Positions 18,804 through 28,381 of a DNA stretch of 64,000 nt are shown here, piece after piece (position 1 is the first letter of the stretch; every line of letters begins with the position of its first letter). Location: NCBI GenBank assembly GCA_943350175.1, contig CALQZX010000002.1:66061-130060 (forward strand), given 5' to 3'. A program made the translations under genes and the position numbers. This stretch comes from Parcubacteria group bacterium (lineage in GTDB: Bacteria > Patescibacteriota > Microgenomatia > UBA1400 > PJMF01). Under the pieces are notes generated by a model that ran no database searches, was not told where the DNA came from, and saw nothing but the letters and a program-made list of their open reading frames with translations.

Positions 18804-18950
18804 TTTTTTTAGTGATTTTGGGGAATCCACTCTTCGAGTATTAGCCACGCGCTTCGTTTTTTTTGAATGCTCAGTGATACAACCTCGCTTGGCGGCAGGA
18901 CTACTTTTCGTTTCACTCAAAAGATTCATTCCCTTTAGAGATCTATTTAC

Positions 18951-18980
18951 AAAAAAACACGGATAAACCGTGCTTTTTTG
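18951..18980. terminator. bidirectional intrinsic terminator (ends the tRNA-Glu transcript on the minus strand)
   Basis: CACGG-ATAAA-CCGTG hairpin flanked by A7 upstream and T6 downstream. Confidence 0.6.
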
Positions 18981-18985
18981 TAAAG

Positions 18986-19057
18986 TGACCCCATGGGGAA
19001 TCGGACCCCAGTTATCGGGATGAGAACCCGATGTCCTAGCCGCTAGACGATAGGGCC
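18986..19057 (-). tRNA. tRNA-Glu (anticodon CUC)
   Basis: Hand-folded cloverleaf from GGCCCTATCGTCTAGCGGCTAGGACATCGGGTTCTCATCCCGATAACTGGGGTCCGATTCCCCATGGGGTCA. 7-bp acceptor stem, a D-arm near-identical to E. coli tRNA-Glu, anticodon loop TTCTCAT, 5-bp T-stem. No encoded CCA. Confidence 0.75.
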
Positions 19058-19119
19058 TTGTCCAGAGATTATACCAAAAAAGCAGCGTTTTTGTAAACGC
19101 TACACTTAATGTAATTTGA

Positions 19120-19938
19120 GTGATTAATAATAAGTTAATGATTCTTATTATTACTTTACTCAGCTTCATTTTATTCTCTAGGCAAATTCAGGCAAAATCT
19201 TTTGATTATCAATTTATTTTTGAAGGTAATTCCATTAATTTAGATTTTTTTAAAGCAATTAATATCTCGCCAGCAACCCAACCAATTATTGAGGTGATTC
19301 CGCCATCTATCGAGCCGACGCAGCCTCAATTAGCTAAATTTTTAAGTTTTGAATATAAACTCAAGAAAAATAATGATCTGCCCTTAGATTTGCCTCTTTT
19401 CTTAGTAGCTTTTGGTCAAGAGGTTATTTTTTATGCTGACACTAGTTTAGCGGATGATCAATTTCACAAAGTAGAAATAGATCTAAGCTCATTTGACCAA
19501 GATATTCTTAAGAAATCACCGGTTTTTTATCAAAATAATTATCTAAGCGGTTTTGAATTGGAGGTTAGCAATGTGGTTTTTATTAGCGAGCTCTCTTCAA
19601 ATGCTATAGCTGATCCGCAAGTCATAGATTTGAGTGCAATCAGAGAAAAAGATCAGTCTTTGACGGTTGTGTTTGCTCTCCAGGAGGAATTAAAAGCCCC
19701 GCATGAATATGAGCTTGCTTGCTTGAATGAAAAAGAAGAAGTTATTCATTCAGTTGAATTAAGCAAAAACGACGATTTTCTCTGGTCCAACTTCTCTTTT
19801 ATTAGGTTTTTTGCCAACCAAAAAAACGAACTTATTTTTCATCTAAATGAATTTAATTGTGATGGCCTGATTAACTTAACCATGGATCAAAAAATTAAAT
19901 CGACTTCCGTTTCTATAATTAATGTGGAAAATTTATGA
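19120..19938 (+). CDS. hypothetical secreted protein
   Basis: 272 aa, cleavable signal-peptide-like N-terminus (…FSRQIQA), no known motif. Confidence 0.5.
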   Translation: MINNKLMILIITLLSFILFSRQIQAKSFDYQFIFEGNSINLDFFKAINISPATQPIIEVIPPSIEPTQPQLAKFLSFEYKLKKNNDLPLDLPLFLVAFGQEVIFYADTSLADDQFHKVEIDLSSFDQDILKKSPVFYQNNYLSGFELEVSNVVFISELSSNAIADPQVIDLSAIREKDQSLTVVFALQEELKAPHEYELACLNEKEEVIHSVELSKNDDFLWSNFSFIRFFANQKNELIFHLNEFNCDGLINLTMDQKIKSTSVSIINVENL

Positions 19939-20555
19939 AAGAAATATTACTAAATTGCTTTGCGCAAAACGAAAATTGTCAAATAGTATCTGATCTTAAG
20001 AATTTTTCCATATCTTCTCCCATAGAGAACAAATATTTGCTTCAAATTACCAATCAAAGCGAGAATAATTGTGAAATTGATTTGCAGTTAAAAAGAATTG
20101 GGCAAAGCGAAAGTTTGTCTGAAGTTGAATTATTGATTACTAGAGGAAAAGAACTGCTTTTTCAAGACAACCTGGAAATATTTTTCAAGCAAAAAATTTC
20201 TCTAGGTTCAATCAGGGCTAAAGTTTCCGATAAATATTTTTTAACATTTGATTTTATTAATTTGTCTTTAGAAAATAAAAAAATAATTTTAAATTTTGAT
20301 TTTGCGCTCAATTTTCACTGCAGCGATCTAGTCACAGAAAATTTATCAGCCATAAATCAAACTGACAGTCAAGCTGCCGTAAAAGAAAATAAAGCAGAGG
20401 TTCTAGCTGCCGCAGACAATAATAATCAGAAAATAGCTCAAAATAGCAGTTTTCTCTCTTCCCCAATTTTTTATCTTTTGTCGAGCTTGTTTATCGTAGT
20501 CTTTTTTGTCATAATCAAGTTTGTTAATGGCAAAAAAAAGAAAAATAAAGGATAG
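19935..20555 (+). CDS. hypothetical protein with C-terminal TM anchor and poly-Lys tail
   Basis: 206 aa. 4-nt overlap with the upstream gene. An A8 tract lies at 20531-20538 in the overlap with the next ORF. Confidence 0.45.
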   Translation: MKEILLNCFAQNENCQIVSDLKNFSISSPIENKYLLQITNQSENNCEIDLQLKRIGQSESLSEVELLITRGKELLFQDNLEIFFKQKISLGSIRAKVSDKYFLTFDFINLSLENKKIILNFDFALNFHCSDLVTENLSAINQTDSQAAVKENKAEVLAAADNNNQKIAQNSSFLSSPIFYLLSSLFIVVFFVIIKFVNGKKKKNKG

Positions 20556-21441
20556 CTTTTGGTTTAAAGTAAATCATCTTTTTAAACCTCAAGCTTCCAA
20601 CAGATACCGCTCCAAACTTTTACATCCGCAATCTTTGCTTGTGGTGTCGATGGTTTTATTGGCTTTTTTTTCACTTTTCAATGCTCTTAGATTCTTTCCA
20701 AGTCTAGCTGACAAGGTGCTGGGTTTTAGCTCCAATATCACCGCTGATGGTCTGCTAGTTGGCACAAATGAAGAACGCCAAAAACTTAATTTAGAGAAAT
20801 TGGTTTTAAATGATGAACTTAGTCAAGCGGCTCTGGCCAAAGCACAGGACATGTTTAATGATCAATACTGGGCACATGTGGCGCCAGATGGCAAACAAGC
20901 CTGGGATTTTATCAAAGAAGCCAAATATGTTTATAAGTATGCTGGCGAGAATTTGGCTAGAGACTTCAATAACAACGATGAAGTAGTGGAAGCCTGGATG
21001 GCTTCGCCGTCCCATCGCGAAAATATAGTTAATGGAGATTTTACCCAAATGGGTCTAGCAGTAGTTAATGGTAATTTAAAAGGTTTTAACACTACATTAG
21101 TGGTGCAAATTTTTGCCGTGCCTTCTTCAGTGACGATGAAGGGCAATGATGGCGGGGAATTCCATTTACCCAAAGCAGCCGAACCTACTTTTGAGGTAAA
21201 TGACTCTGTGGCTGGAGCAGAAACTATTAATCGTGATTTGGTTTTTTCGCCACTTAATTTAACTAGAGCCTTCTTTTTATTAGTCGTTTTATTAATAGTT
21301 CTAACTCTGCTTTACGATTCATTGATAGCTTCAAGTAGAAAATATGAGCGTTTGGTTGGACAAAATTTTGCTCATGTTGCTCTTTTTGTGACAGTTGCGT
21401 TTTTATTAGTTCTATTTAAGGGAGGGGCTGTTCTACCATGA
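20521..21441 (+). CDS. CAP/SCP (PR-1-like, YkwD-type) domain protein, membrane anchored
   Basis: 306 aa. GENLAR...SPSHRENIVNGDFTQMG matches the CAP-domain signature. N-terminal and C-terminal TM segments. Confidence 0.6.
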   Translation: MLMAKKRKIKDSFWFKVNHLFKPQASNRYRSKLLHPQSLLVVSMVLLAFFSLFNALRFFPSLADKVLGFSSNITADGLLVGTNEERQKLNLEKLVLNDELSQAALAKAQDMFNDQYWAHVAPDGKQAWDFIKEAKYVYKYAGENLARDFNNNDEVVEAWMASPSHRENIVNGDFTQMGLAVVNGNLKGFNTTLVVQIFAVPSSVTMKGNDGGEFHLPKAAEPTFEVNDSVAGAETINRDLVFSPLNLTRAFFLLVVLLIVLTLLYDSLIASSRKYERLVGQNFAHVALFVTVAFLLVLFKGGAVLP

Positions 21442-21695
21442 AAATCTTCCTAAAGAGTCATCAACTTGCTTATCTTTTTTTGTTTGCTTTATTAGCTTTG
21501 TTTGTTTATTTATTTATGAATGCTTGGCCAAATAGACAAATGCAAAGATACATAGCGATTATTTTTGGTGCACTTTATTTTATGTGGGGGGTAGTTAGTC
21601 ACACAAAAAGTAAAAAAATTAATAGTGAAATTGTTTTTGAATATTTATCTATTTCGATGCTAGCTGTACTTATTATCGTTTTGATTACTTTATAA
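21438..21695 (+). CDS. small membrane protein
   Basis: 85 aa, three hydrophobic helices, 4-nt overlap with the upstream gene. Confidence 0.4.
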   Translation: MKIFLKSHQLAYLFLFALLALFVYLFMNAWPNRQMQRYIAIIFGALYFMWGVVSHTKSKKINSEIVFEYLSISMLAVLIIVLITL

Positions 21696-21759
21696 CTAAT
21701 AACTTGCTTTTAAAAAAGCCTCGTGCTACTTTTGATGAGTCTAAATAAAGAAAGGTCAT

Positions 21760-22506
21760 ATGGCAGATAAAGAAATGAAGGGTATTATTTTGGCTGGAGG
21801 AGCAGGAACTCGTTTGTATCCACTAACCAAAGTAACAAGCAAACAATTACTTCCAGTTTACAATAAACCGATGATTCAGTATCCTCTGGAAACCCTGATT
21901 AGAGCAGGGATCAAAGATATTCTGATCATTGTCGCTCCAGATCACGCTGGTGATTTTCTTAAATGTCTAGGCAGCGGTCGCGAATATGGCTGTCATTTCA
22001 CTTACGAGATTCAAGATAAACCAGAAGGAATTGCTCAGGCTTTTATGATTGGTCAAGATTTTATTGATCATGACAATGTCACTTTGATTTTGGGAGATAA
22101 TCTTTACGAAGACGATTTTTCAGAAGCAATCAAGACTTTTGAAACTGGTGGCCGTATTTTTGCCAAGAGAGTTTCAGATCCGCAACGTTTTGGTGTGGTT
22201 GAATTTGACGAAAATAATAGAGCTATTTCGATTGAAGAAAAACCACAAAATCCAAAATCAGAATTTTCTGTCACTGGTCTCTACATCTATGACTCAACTG
22301 TGATCGATAAAGTTAAGGCTTTGGCCTTTTCAGATCGTGGCGAATTAGAGATTACCGATGTCAATAATCTATATCTTGCTGAAAACAAGCTAGATGTAGC
22401 TTTTGTTGAAGGAAGATGGTTTGATACTGGTACTTTTGAATCGATGCATGAGGCTATTTCTTTTGCGAGAGATCGACATCTAGCCAAAGAAGCTCGCTCA
22501 CTGTAG
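21760..22506 (+). CDS. sugar-phosphate nucleotidyltransferase (glucose-1-phosphate thymidylyltransferase-like, short form)
   Basis: 248 aa. MKGIILAGGAGTRLYPLTKVTSKQLLPVYNKPMIQYPLE is near-identical in pattern to the RmlA N-terminus. Confidence 0.75.
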   Translation: MADKEMKGIILAGGAGTRLYPLTKVTSKQLLPVYNKPMIQYPLETLIRAGIKDILIIVAPDHAGDFLKCLGSGREYGCHFTYEIQDKPEGIAQAFMIGQDFIDHDNVTLILGDNLYEDDFSEAIKTFETGGRIFAKRVSDPQRFGVVEFDENNRAISIEEKPQNPKSEFSVTGLYIYDSTVIDKVKALAFSDRGELEITDVNNLYLAENKLDVAFVEGRWFDTGTFESMHEAISFARDRHLAKEARSL

Positions 22507-22516
22507 AATAATTTCT

Positions 22517-23380
22517 ATGAAGAAATTGGTATTTTTTTGTTTAGTGTTTTTTCTTTTTGTGTCTTCAGTTCAAGCTCAGGAAATGCCATCTATCGAAGAT
22601 GCTCAACCAACTTCCACGACAGAAGACTCTGTTTTGAAGACTGATCTTATCTGGCAAAAAGAACGTTTAGATCAAGAAATTGCTGCTGTTAAAGCGATTT
22701 ATCAATCTCAATTGGAGAATTATTTATATCACGATAAATTATATAGAATTGCCTATGATCAATATCAGCAGCTTCAAACCCTGGTTTCCATAGAGGATCT
22801 GAATCAAAAAGGTAAAAATTTAGGTGTTTACAGGGATGATGTTCTAATCAGTTATTTAGATTTACTCAGGTTAAATCTTGTAGCGACTGAGGGCGTCGAA
22901 TTGTCTCTTAAAACCAAATTTTTAACCCAATTGGAGGCAACAATAACTTATATTAAAAGTCATCAAGAAAATCTTAAGAATTTAAACGATCGAGATCAAA
23001 TTTCATTGTCTTTGGCAACATTTACTCAAGATCAAAAAAATGTTGGGCGATTAGCTGAGGGAGTACTAGTTTTATTGTCTGCTGGCAATTTGCAAATGAT
23101 TTATGATAAATCATTGGTGCTTAAAAAAGATATCGACGTCTACCTGACTGAAAAAGGTAATCTCAGTTTACCTGCTATCGATAGGGCTAGCTCTGAAACT
23201 AATCGTAGCCTGGAATCTGCTAAATTGAAACTTGATTCTTTTTGGTCAGAAATTATTGATCGTGCTGAGGGGAACTGGAATTTGGCTAATTTTTATGATG
23301 ATTTGCCACGAACAATGAATCCTATTTATGTTAATTTATCTCAATCAATCTCTTATTTAAGTGAATTACTAAGTATTTAA
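22517..23380 (+). CDS. hypothetical secreted protein
   Basis: 287 aa, signal peptide (…SVQAQE), helical/coiled-coil composition. Confidence 0.5.
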   Translation: MKKLVFFCLVFFLFVSSVQAQEMPSIEDAQPTSTTEDSVLKTDLIWQKERLDQEIAAVKAIYQSQLENYLYHDKLYRIAYDQYQQLQTLVSIEDLNQKGKNLGVYRDDVLISYLDLLRLNLVATEGVELSLKTKFLTQLEATITYIKSHQENLKNLNDRDQISLSLATFTQDQKNVGRLAEGVLVLLSAGNLQMIYDKSLVLKKDIDVYLTEKGNLSLPAIDRASSETNRSLESAKLKLDSFWSEIIDRAEGNWNLANFYDDLPRTMNPIYVNLSQSISYLSELLSI

Positions 23381-23383
23381 AAT

Positions 23384-23743
23384 ATGTCACTTCGCAACGA
23401 AAATAGTCAAGCCAATCAAACTGAATTTGTAGATCAGGCTCCTTTTTTAGATAATAAATCATCTAGAATTTTTTCTTTAGGAGAGATTAAAAAGAATAAA
23501 AACTTGAGGCCATTCTATATTTTGTCTTTTTCATTTGTCCTTTTAGTGGCTATCTTTTTCCTAATAATTACTTCTAGAAAGCAACAAGTTGAGGAGCAAG
23601 TGCTGAATGAAGTCGAAGAAAATTCCGCATTAGATCCACTCAGTCAAAGAGCCTATGAGTTGAGAGAAGATCTTAAAGATCATGATCCAACCAAGCAAAG
23701 CTTACCTTTTCCTCAGGTTGATTTGGAATTTAATATCAATTAG
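23384..23743 (+). CDS. hypothetical single-pass membrane protein
   Basis: 119 aa, one TM helix. Confidence 0.4.
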   Translation: MSLRNENSQANQTEFVDQAPFLDNKSSRIFSLGEIKKNKNLRPFYILSFSFVLLVAIFFLIITSRKQQVEEQVLNEVEENSALDPLSQRAYELREDLKDHDPTKQSLPFPQVDLEFNIN

Positions 23744-23744
23744 A

Positions 23745-24317
23745 ATGCCATCTAATAAAACTATGCCAATACATAAATCTTCTTATCAAGAAAAATTTGA
23801 AAAAACCCTAGCTCATGCTCAAGATGGTTTCGCTACTTTGCGTACTGGTAGAGCTAGTGCTCAGCTTCTAGATGGTGTCTATGTGGAGGCTTACGGCTCC
23901 AGGATGTCTCTACATGAGGTTGCTTCAATTTCTACTCCAGATACTCAGCTTTTGGTAATCAAGCCATGGGACAAAGGTTTGTTATCAGCCATAGAAAAAG
24001 CTGTTCAATTGGCACAATTAAATTTAAATCCAGTGGTAGATGGTGACATTATCAGAATTGCTGTCCCAGCCTTAACTAAAGAAAGAAGATTAGAAATGGT
24101 TAAGATTTTGCATCAAAAAGAAGAAGAGGCCAAGGTTATGCTTAGAGGCACTCGTTCTGATGTGCGCAGAGATATTGAAAAACAAGAAGGCGAGACAGGA
24201 GTCAGTGAGGATGATCTTAAGTCTGAGATTGAGGAATTGGACAATACTGTTAAAGACTACATTAGTAAGTTGGAAGAAATTTCCAAGAAAAAAGAGCAAG
24301 AGCTCATGAGCATCTAA
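23745..24317 (+). CDS. frr: ribosome recycling factor
   Basis: RRF family throughout (…ATLRTGRASAQLLDGV…LNLNP…IRIAVPALTKERR…). Start moved to the internal ATG at 23745; the upstream 21 codons of the tracked ORF overlap the preceding gene. Confidence 0.85.
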   Translation: MPSNKTMPIHKSSYQEKFEKTLAHAQDGFATLRTGRASAQLLDGVYVEAYGSRMSLHEVASISTPDTQLLVIKPWDKGLLSAIEKAVQLAQLNLNPVVDGDIIRIAVPALTKERRLEMVKILHQKEEEAKVMLRGTRSDVRRDIEKQEGETGVSEDDLKSEIEELDNTVKDYISKLEEISKKKEQELMSI

Positions 24318-24320
24318 AAT

Positions 24321-25430
24321 ATGGCAGCTTTGATTTTTATTCTTATCTTATCTGCTCTTGTGATTATTCATGAATCTGGGCATTTTTTGTCTGCCAAAAG
24401 AAACGGCATTAAGGTTAAGGAATTTGGTTTGGGCTATCCTCCAAGAGTTTTAAAACTTTTCAATTGGCAGGGCACTATCTTTTCATTAAATTTAATTCCT
24501 TTTGGTGGCTTTGTGCAGATGGAAGGCGAAAATGGGCCAGAAAATGATTCGCACGATAAAGATTCCTTTTATGAAAAATCAAAGAAGGCTAGACTAGAAG
24601 TGATTTTGGCTGGAGTTTTCTTTAATTTTGTTTTTGGTATTTTGGCTTTTGCCATAGTTTTTTATCAAATGGGCATTCCAAAGCAATTAACTGGTCAGGC
24701 TAGGATTCAAGATGTTGTCGAGAATTCTCCAGCAGCTAAAGCTAACTTGGTTTCCAATACCAATATTTTGGCTTTCAAAGTTGATGAGCAGTGGGTAGAA
24801 ATGATGGATATTTCCAAGGTGCAGTCTTTTGCAGCACAACATCTGGGTGAGACAGTTTCAATTAGAACCTCTTTGCCTTGTGATCAAGAAATTTGCCCGA
24901 AGGAATTTCAAGAAAGTTCTATTTACTTAAGAACTAAAGAAGAAACTCCAGCAGGAGAAGGTTCAATGGGGATTACTTTTAGCGACGTGATTTTTAAAAG
25001 CTATCCTTGGTATTTGATGCCTTTCATGACTATTTTTTATGCTTTTGAGCAGTCTTTTAATCTTGGAATTCTGATCATTCAATCTCTTGGACAATTGGTG
25101 GTGGATTTATTTGCTGGTAGAGGCGTTCAACAAGAAATAGCCGGTCCAATTGGTATTATTGATCAGGCCAGTAGCTTTGGCTTTTTTGATGGAGGCTTTT
25201 TAAGCATTCTAAATTTCGCAGCTATTCTTTCTATCAATTTGGGAATTATGAATTTATTGCCAATTCCTGCTCTGGATGGCGGCAGAGCCGTTCTGGTGAT
25301 TTTAGAAAAATTCTTTAAAAGAAAAAGTATTGACAACGTTGCTAACTACTTGAATTATTTTGGCTACATTTCTCTACTTGCTTTGATGATTGTTGTTTCC
25401 TTTAATGATATAAGAAACATATTCAAATAA
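24321..25430 (+). CDS. rseP: RIP zinc metalloprotease RseP (site-2 protease)
   Basis: 369 aa. HESGHF (HExxH) in TM1, PDZ-like middle region, C-terminal LDGG motif (PALDGGRAV). Confidence 0.8.
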   Translation: MAALIFILILSALVIIHESGHFLSAKRNGIKVKEFGLGYPPRVLKLFNWQGTIFSLNLIPFGGFVQMEGENGPENDSHDKDSFYEKSKKARLEVILAGVFFNFVFGILAFAIVFYQMGIPKQLTGQARIQDVVENSPAAKANLVSNTNILAFKVDEQWVEMMDISKVQSFAAQHLGETVSIRTSLPCDQEICPKEFQESSIYLRTKEETPAGEGSMGITFSDVIFKSYPWYLMPFMTIFYAFEQSFNLGILIIQSLGQLVVDLFAGRGVQQEIAGPIGIIDQASSFGFFDGGFLSILNFAAILSINLGIMNLLPIPALDGGRAVLVILEKFFKRKSIDNVANYLNYFGYISLLALMIVVSFNDIRNIFK

Positions 25431-25434
25431 ACTT

Positions 25435-25683
25435 ATGGCAAAAAAAAGAAGTAAAAAAGATCGAGTTCGCGCTAAATTGCGTCATGCTCCAGTTATTAAG
25501 GCTATGCCTGTTGAGTCTAAAATTCAAAAAAGTGAAACAATAAGGCCAGCCGAAAAAAATGACTATTTAAAAGAAATTTTTGCCTACGATCCGAAATTAA
25601 TCCTCAAGGATCTGCGCAAAACTTTCCTTGTAGTTGTTTTTGTTTTGATTGTTTTGTTAGCAATATTTTTATTATATACTTGA
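25435..25683 (+). CDS. small basic protein with C-terminal TM helix
   Basis: 82 aa. N-terminus KRSKKDRVRAKLRHAP, C-terminal hydrophobic helix. Confidence 0.4.
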   Translation: MAKKRSKKDRVRAKLRHAPVIKAMPVESKIQKSETIRPAEKNDYLKEIFAYDPKLILKDLRKTFLVVVFVLIVLLAIFLLYT

Positions 25684-25714
25684 GACTTACGCTAAAATTT
25701 AAGAAAGGGTTCTG

Positions 25715-26917
25715 ATGCCAAAGAAAAATTTAATAGTTGCCTTGATTTTATATGTTGTAAGTGCTGGATTGTCTTTCGGTGCTTTTTCCTATTTTTCTAA
25801 AGATTCTTTAGCAACTAATTCTTCTATTGATGCAAATAAGGCTGGTGATCCCGATCAAACCTTGCTAAGTAGTCTGTTAACTATTGATCCTAGTGAAGCT
25901 AGAGATCAAGTTTGTCCTTTGAATGGCGCCTATTACACCATGACTGAAAAGAATGCCTGGGAGAAGCGTCGTCCACTTTTTGTGATGATTGAAAATACCC
26001 CAGATTCTCGTCCTCAAGCGGGTTTGAGCCGTGCTGATGTGGTTTTTGAAGCTATTGCTGAAGGTGGTGTAACTCGCTTTGGAGCCATGTTTTATTGTGC
26101 CGCTCAACTACAGGATTTGACTTTAGCTCCAATCCGTAGTGCTAGAACTTATTTTGTTGATTGGGCTTCTGGTTTTAATATGCCAATGTACGTTCATGTT
26201 GGTGGAGCCAATTTAGCAGGTCCAGCTGATGCTCTCGGTCAGATTGGTGATTATGGTTGGGAGGGAAATAATGACATCAATCAATTTTCAGTTGGTTACC
26301 CAACTTTTGTTCGTAATTATAACCGTATTCCTGGTAAAGAAATTGCTACCGAGCACACTATGGAAACAACCACTGAAGGTTTGTGGAAAATAGCTGCCGG
26401 TCGTGATTGGACTAATCTTACTCCTGAGAGAATTGTGGCTAGAAAAACTGTTGAAGCTGCCACTTGGCAAAGCGCCTACAAAGGCTGGGTTTTTGAAGCT
26501 GATAAAGTAGCTGCTGGGTCGACTTCTAGAATCGCCTATGATTTTTGGACTGGCTACAATCAATATTCTGTCGAATGGAATTATGACAGTAATACCGATT
26601 CTTACAAAAGAAACAACGCTGGTGAAGCTCATGTTGATATAAACAATGAAGAGCAAGTTGCTAGTAAAAATGTTGTTATCTTATTTACTACTGAAAAAGG
26701 ACCAATTGATGAGAAGAAACATATGCTTTATACCACCACGGGTAGAGGTAAAGCTCTTATCTTCAAGCACGCTCAGGCTCCAATTGAAGCCAACTGGGTC
26801 AAGAAAGATCGCGAAGCTGAATTAGAATTCGTTGATGTGCGGGGTAAAAATGTTGAATTAGCTAGAGGACAAGTTTGGATTTCTGTTTTAGCAACTGATT
26901 CAGAAGTCACCTACTAG
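25715..26917 (+). CDS. hypothetical secreted/lipo-protein (possibly DUF3048-like)
   Basis: 400 aa, signal anchor, no catalytic motif recognised. Confidence 0.45.
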   Translation: MPKKNLIVALILYVVSAGLSFGAFSYFSKDSLATNSSIDANKAGDPDQTLLSSLLTIDPSEARDQVCPLNGAYYTMTEKNAWEKRRPLFVMIENTPDSRPQAGLSRADVVFEAIAEGGVTRFGAMFYCAAQLQDLTLAPIRSARTYFVDWASGFNMPMYVHVGGANLAGPADALGQIGDYGWEGNNDINQFSVGYPTFVRNYNRIPGKEIATEHTMETTTEGLWKIAAGRDWTNLTPERIVARKTVEAATWQSAYKGWVFEADKVAAGSTSRIAYDFWTGYNQYSVEWNYDSNTDSYKRNNAGEAHVDINNEEQVASKNVVILFTTEKGPIDEKKHMLYTTTGRGKALIFKHAQAPIEANWVKKDREAELEFVDVRGKNVELARGQVWISVLATDSEVTY

Positions 26918-26961
26918 AATTGTTCTGATACCAGAGTTGTTTTAATGGAAAGGTTAAAAAT

Positions 26962-28353
26962 ATGAAAAAAATTCTAATTTTTGTTTTTACCTTAATAATT
27001 TTGACTTTTAGTCAAGGATCGACAAGAGCTTTTTCTGGCAATTTGAAAGCTGATGCTCATTGTGACAGTCCTTGGTTCTATAAATTTAATTTTTCTGGCG
27101 AAGATGTTTCTATCGAGCATTGTGGCAGAAGTGATAGTGGTAGTCTTGATTACACTATTACAAGCGTTGCAGCAGGCGAAGTAGTGGTTTATCACAGAGG
27201 AAGCGCAACTCTTAGATTGAAAATAAATGGCAATAATTACAGCAAGACTGTTAATGGCGAAGGCTCTTGGAAAACCGGAGTGAAAATTGCTGTCGGCGAC
27301 AAGGTCTCTTTACTGGCAGACATGGGTGATTCGCCTTATTCTGGCTGGATCAGTCCAAAAGATAATCTTTGTAATGGTTTCTCTGGAGCAGGATCAGCTA
27401 ATGTTTCTAGTCTATATAATGCAATTTCGAATGATGGGAATAAATTAATTTCAGCTCAGTGTTGGGGCGATGGCTATGCCTATGAAAGTTTCTTAAAAGA
27501 AAGCTACAGCAAGCCAAATGTAAATATTTCCTGTACTGGTTCTGCCAAAGATTGTCACGATGTGATGATTGAAGATATGGATTTCAATGATGGCGCCTTT
27601 TTCTTAGCAGTCGATGATCGTGTGGAGCATAAGAGCTCTTGTGATTATTTGAATATCATCAGTGGCAATAATTCCAAGGTACCAGCAAAAGTGACCTTTG
27701 AAGTTAAGGCTAGCGACAATCTGGGGGCAATTAAACAATATCGTTATATTTTTGGTGATGGCAGTAAAATTGAAACTGAATACGCCAAAATAGATCACAC
27801 CTATGAAAGTTCTGGTAAATTTAGCGTAATTGCTGAAGCCAAAGACAGTAAAGATAATTGGATTAAGAGTGACAAATGCCAGCAAACGGTTAATGTGGCT
27901 GCCGTTAGCATTGAGAGTCATCGTAGTTCTTGTTCTTATCTTTACGTTACAGAAGGACAAAATCGAAAAGCTCCAGCTCTTGTTAAATTTAAAGTAGCGG
28001 GCTACGACAATAAAGGAGACATTAAGTCTTATAAAATTGATTTTGGAGATGGCAATAAAGTTGAAGCTAATTCAACTCAATTCGAGCACAATTATGCACA
28101 ACCAGGAACCTATAAAGTCAGAGCAGAGGTTAAAGACTCAACTGATCAATGGAGAAGTGATGATGACTGTGTAGAAACTGTTTATATTAGTACTGAACCA
28201 ATAGTTAATCAGCCATCAACAGGCACACCAACCTGGGTGTCAGTGGTTGGTTTGGGTGGAGGAGCTTTGGCTTTTGCTTATCCATTTGTACAAGGCACCA
28301 AAAATATGAATAGCTTTGTAATTAAGAGTTCTAGTAAAAAAAGGAAAAAATAG
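26962..28353 (+). CDS. cell-surface protein with two PKD-like repeats and a C-terminal sortase-type sorting signal (QPSTG + TM + KKRKK)
   Basis: 463 aa. Signal peptide, two ~90-aa repeats (…F/FGDG…Y…G.Y.V…KD…W), C-terminus NQPSTGTPTWVSVVGLGGGALAFAYPFV…KSSSKKRKK. Confidence 0.65.
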   Translation: MKKILIFVFTLIILTFSQGSTRAFSGNLKADAHCDSPWFYKFNFSGEDVSIEHCGRSDSGSLDYTITSVAAGEVVVYHRGSATLRLKINGNNYSKTVNGEGSWKTGVKIAVGDKVSLLADMGDSPYSGWISPKDNLCNGFSGAGSANVSSLYNAISNDGNKLISAQCWGDGYAYESFLKESYSKPNVNISCTGSAKDCHDVMIEDMDFNDGAFFLAVDDRVEHKSSCDYLNIISGNNSKVPAKVTFEVKASDNLGAIKQYRYIFGDGSKIETEYAKIDHTYESSGKFSVIAEAKDSKDNWIKSDKCQQTVNVAAVSIESHRSSCSYLYVTEGQNRKAPALVKFKVAGYDNKGDIKSYKIDFGDGNKVEANSTQFEHNYAQPGTYKVRAEVKDSTDQWRSDDDCVETVYISTEPIVNQPSTGTPTWVSVVGLGGGALAFAYPFVQGTKNMNSFVIKSSSKKRKK

Positions 28354-28381
28354 CCTGCAAGTTCGACGTCTTTTTCCCGTT

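Noticed and set aside
18786-19169. Minus-strand 127-aa ORF
   Set aside because: Overlaps the tRNA-Glu gene and its terminator; no Shine-Dalgarno; composition not protein-like.
23682-23744. Upstream 21 codons of the tracked frr ORF
   Set aside because: Overlaps the preceding gene. RRF homology starts at the internal Met (23745), giving the canonical ~190-aa length.
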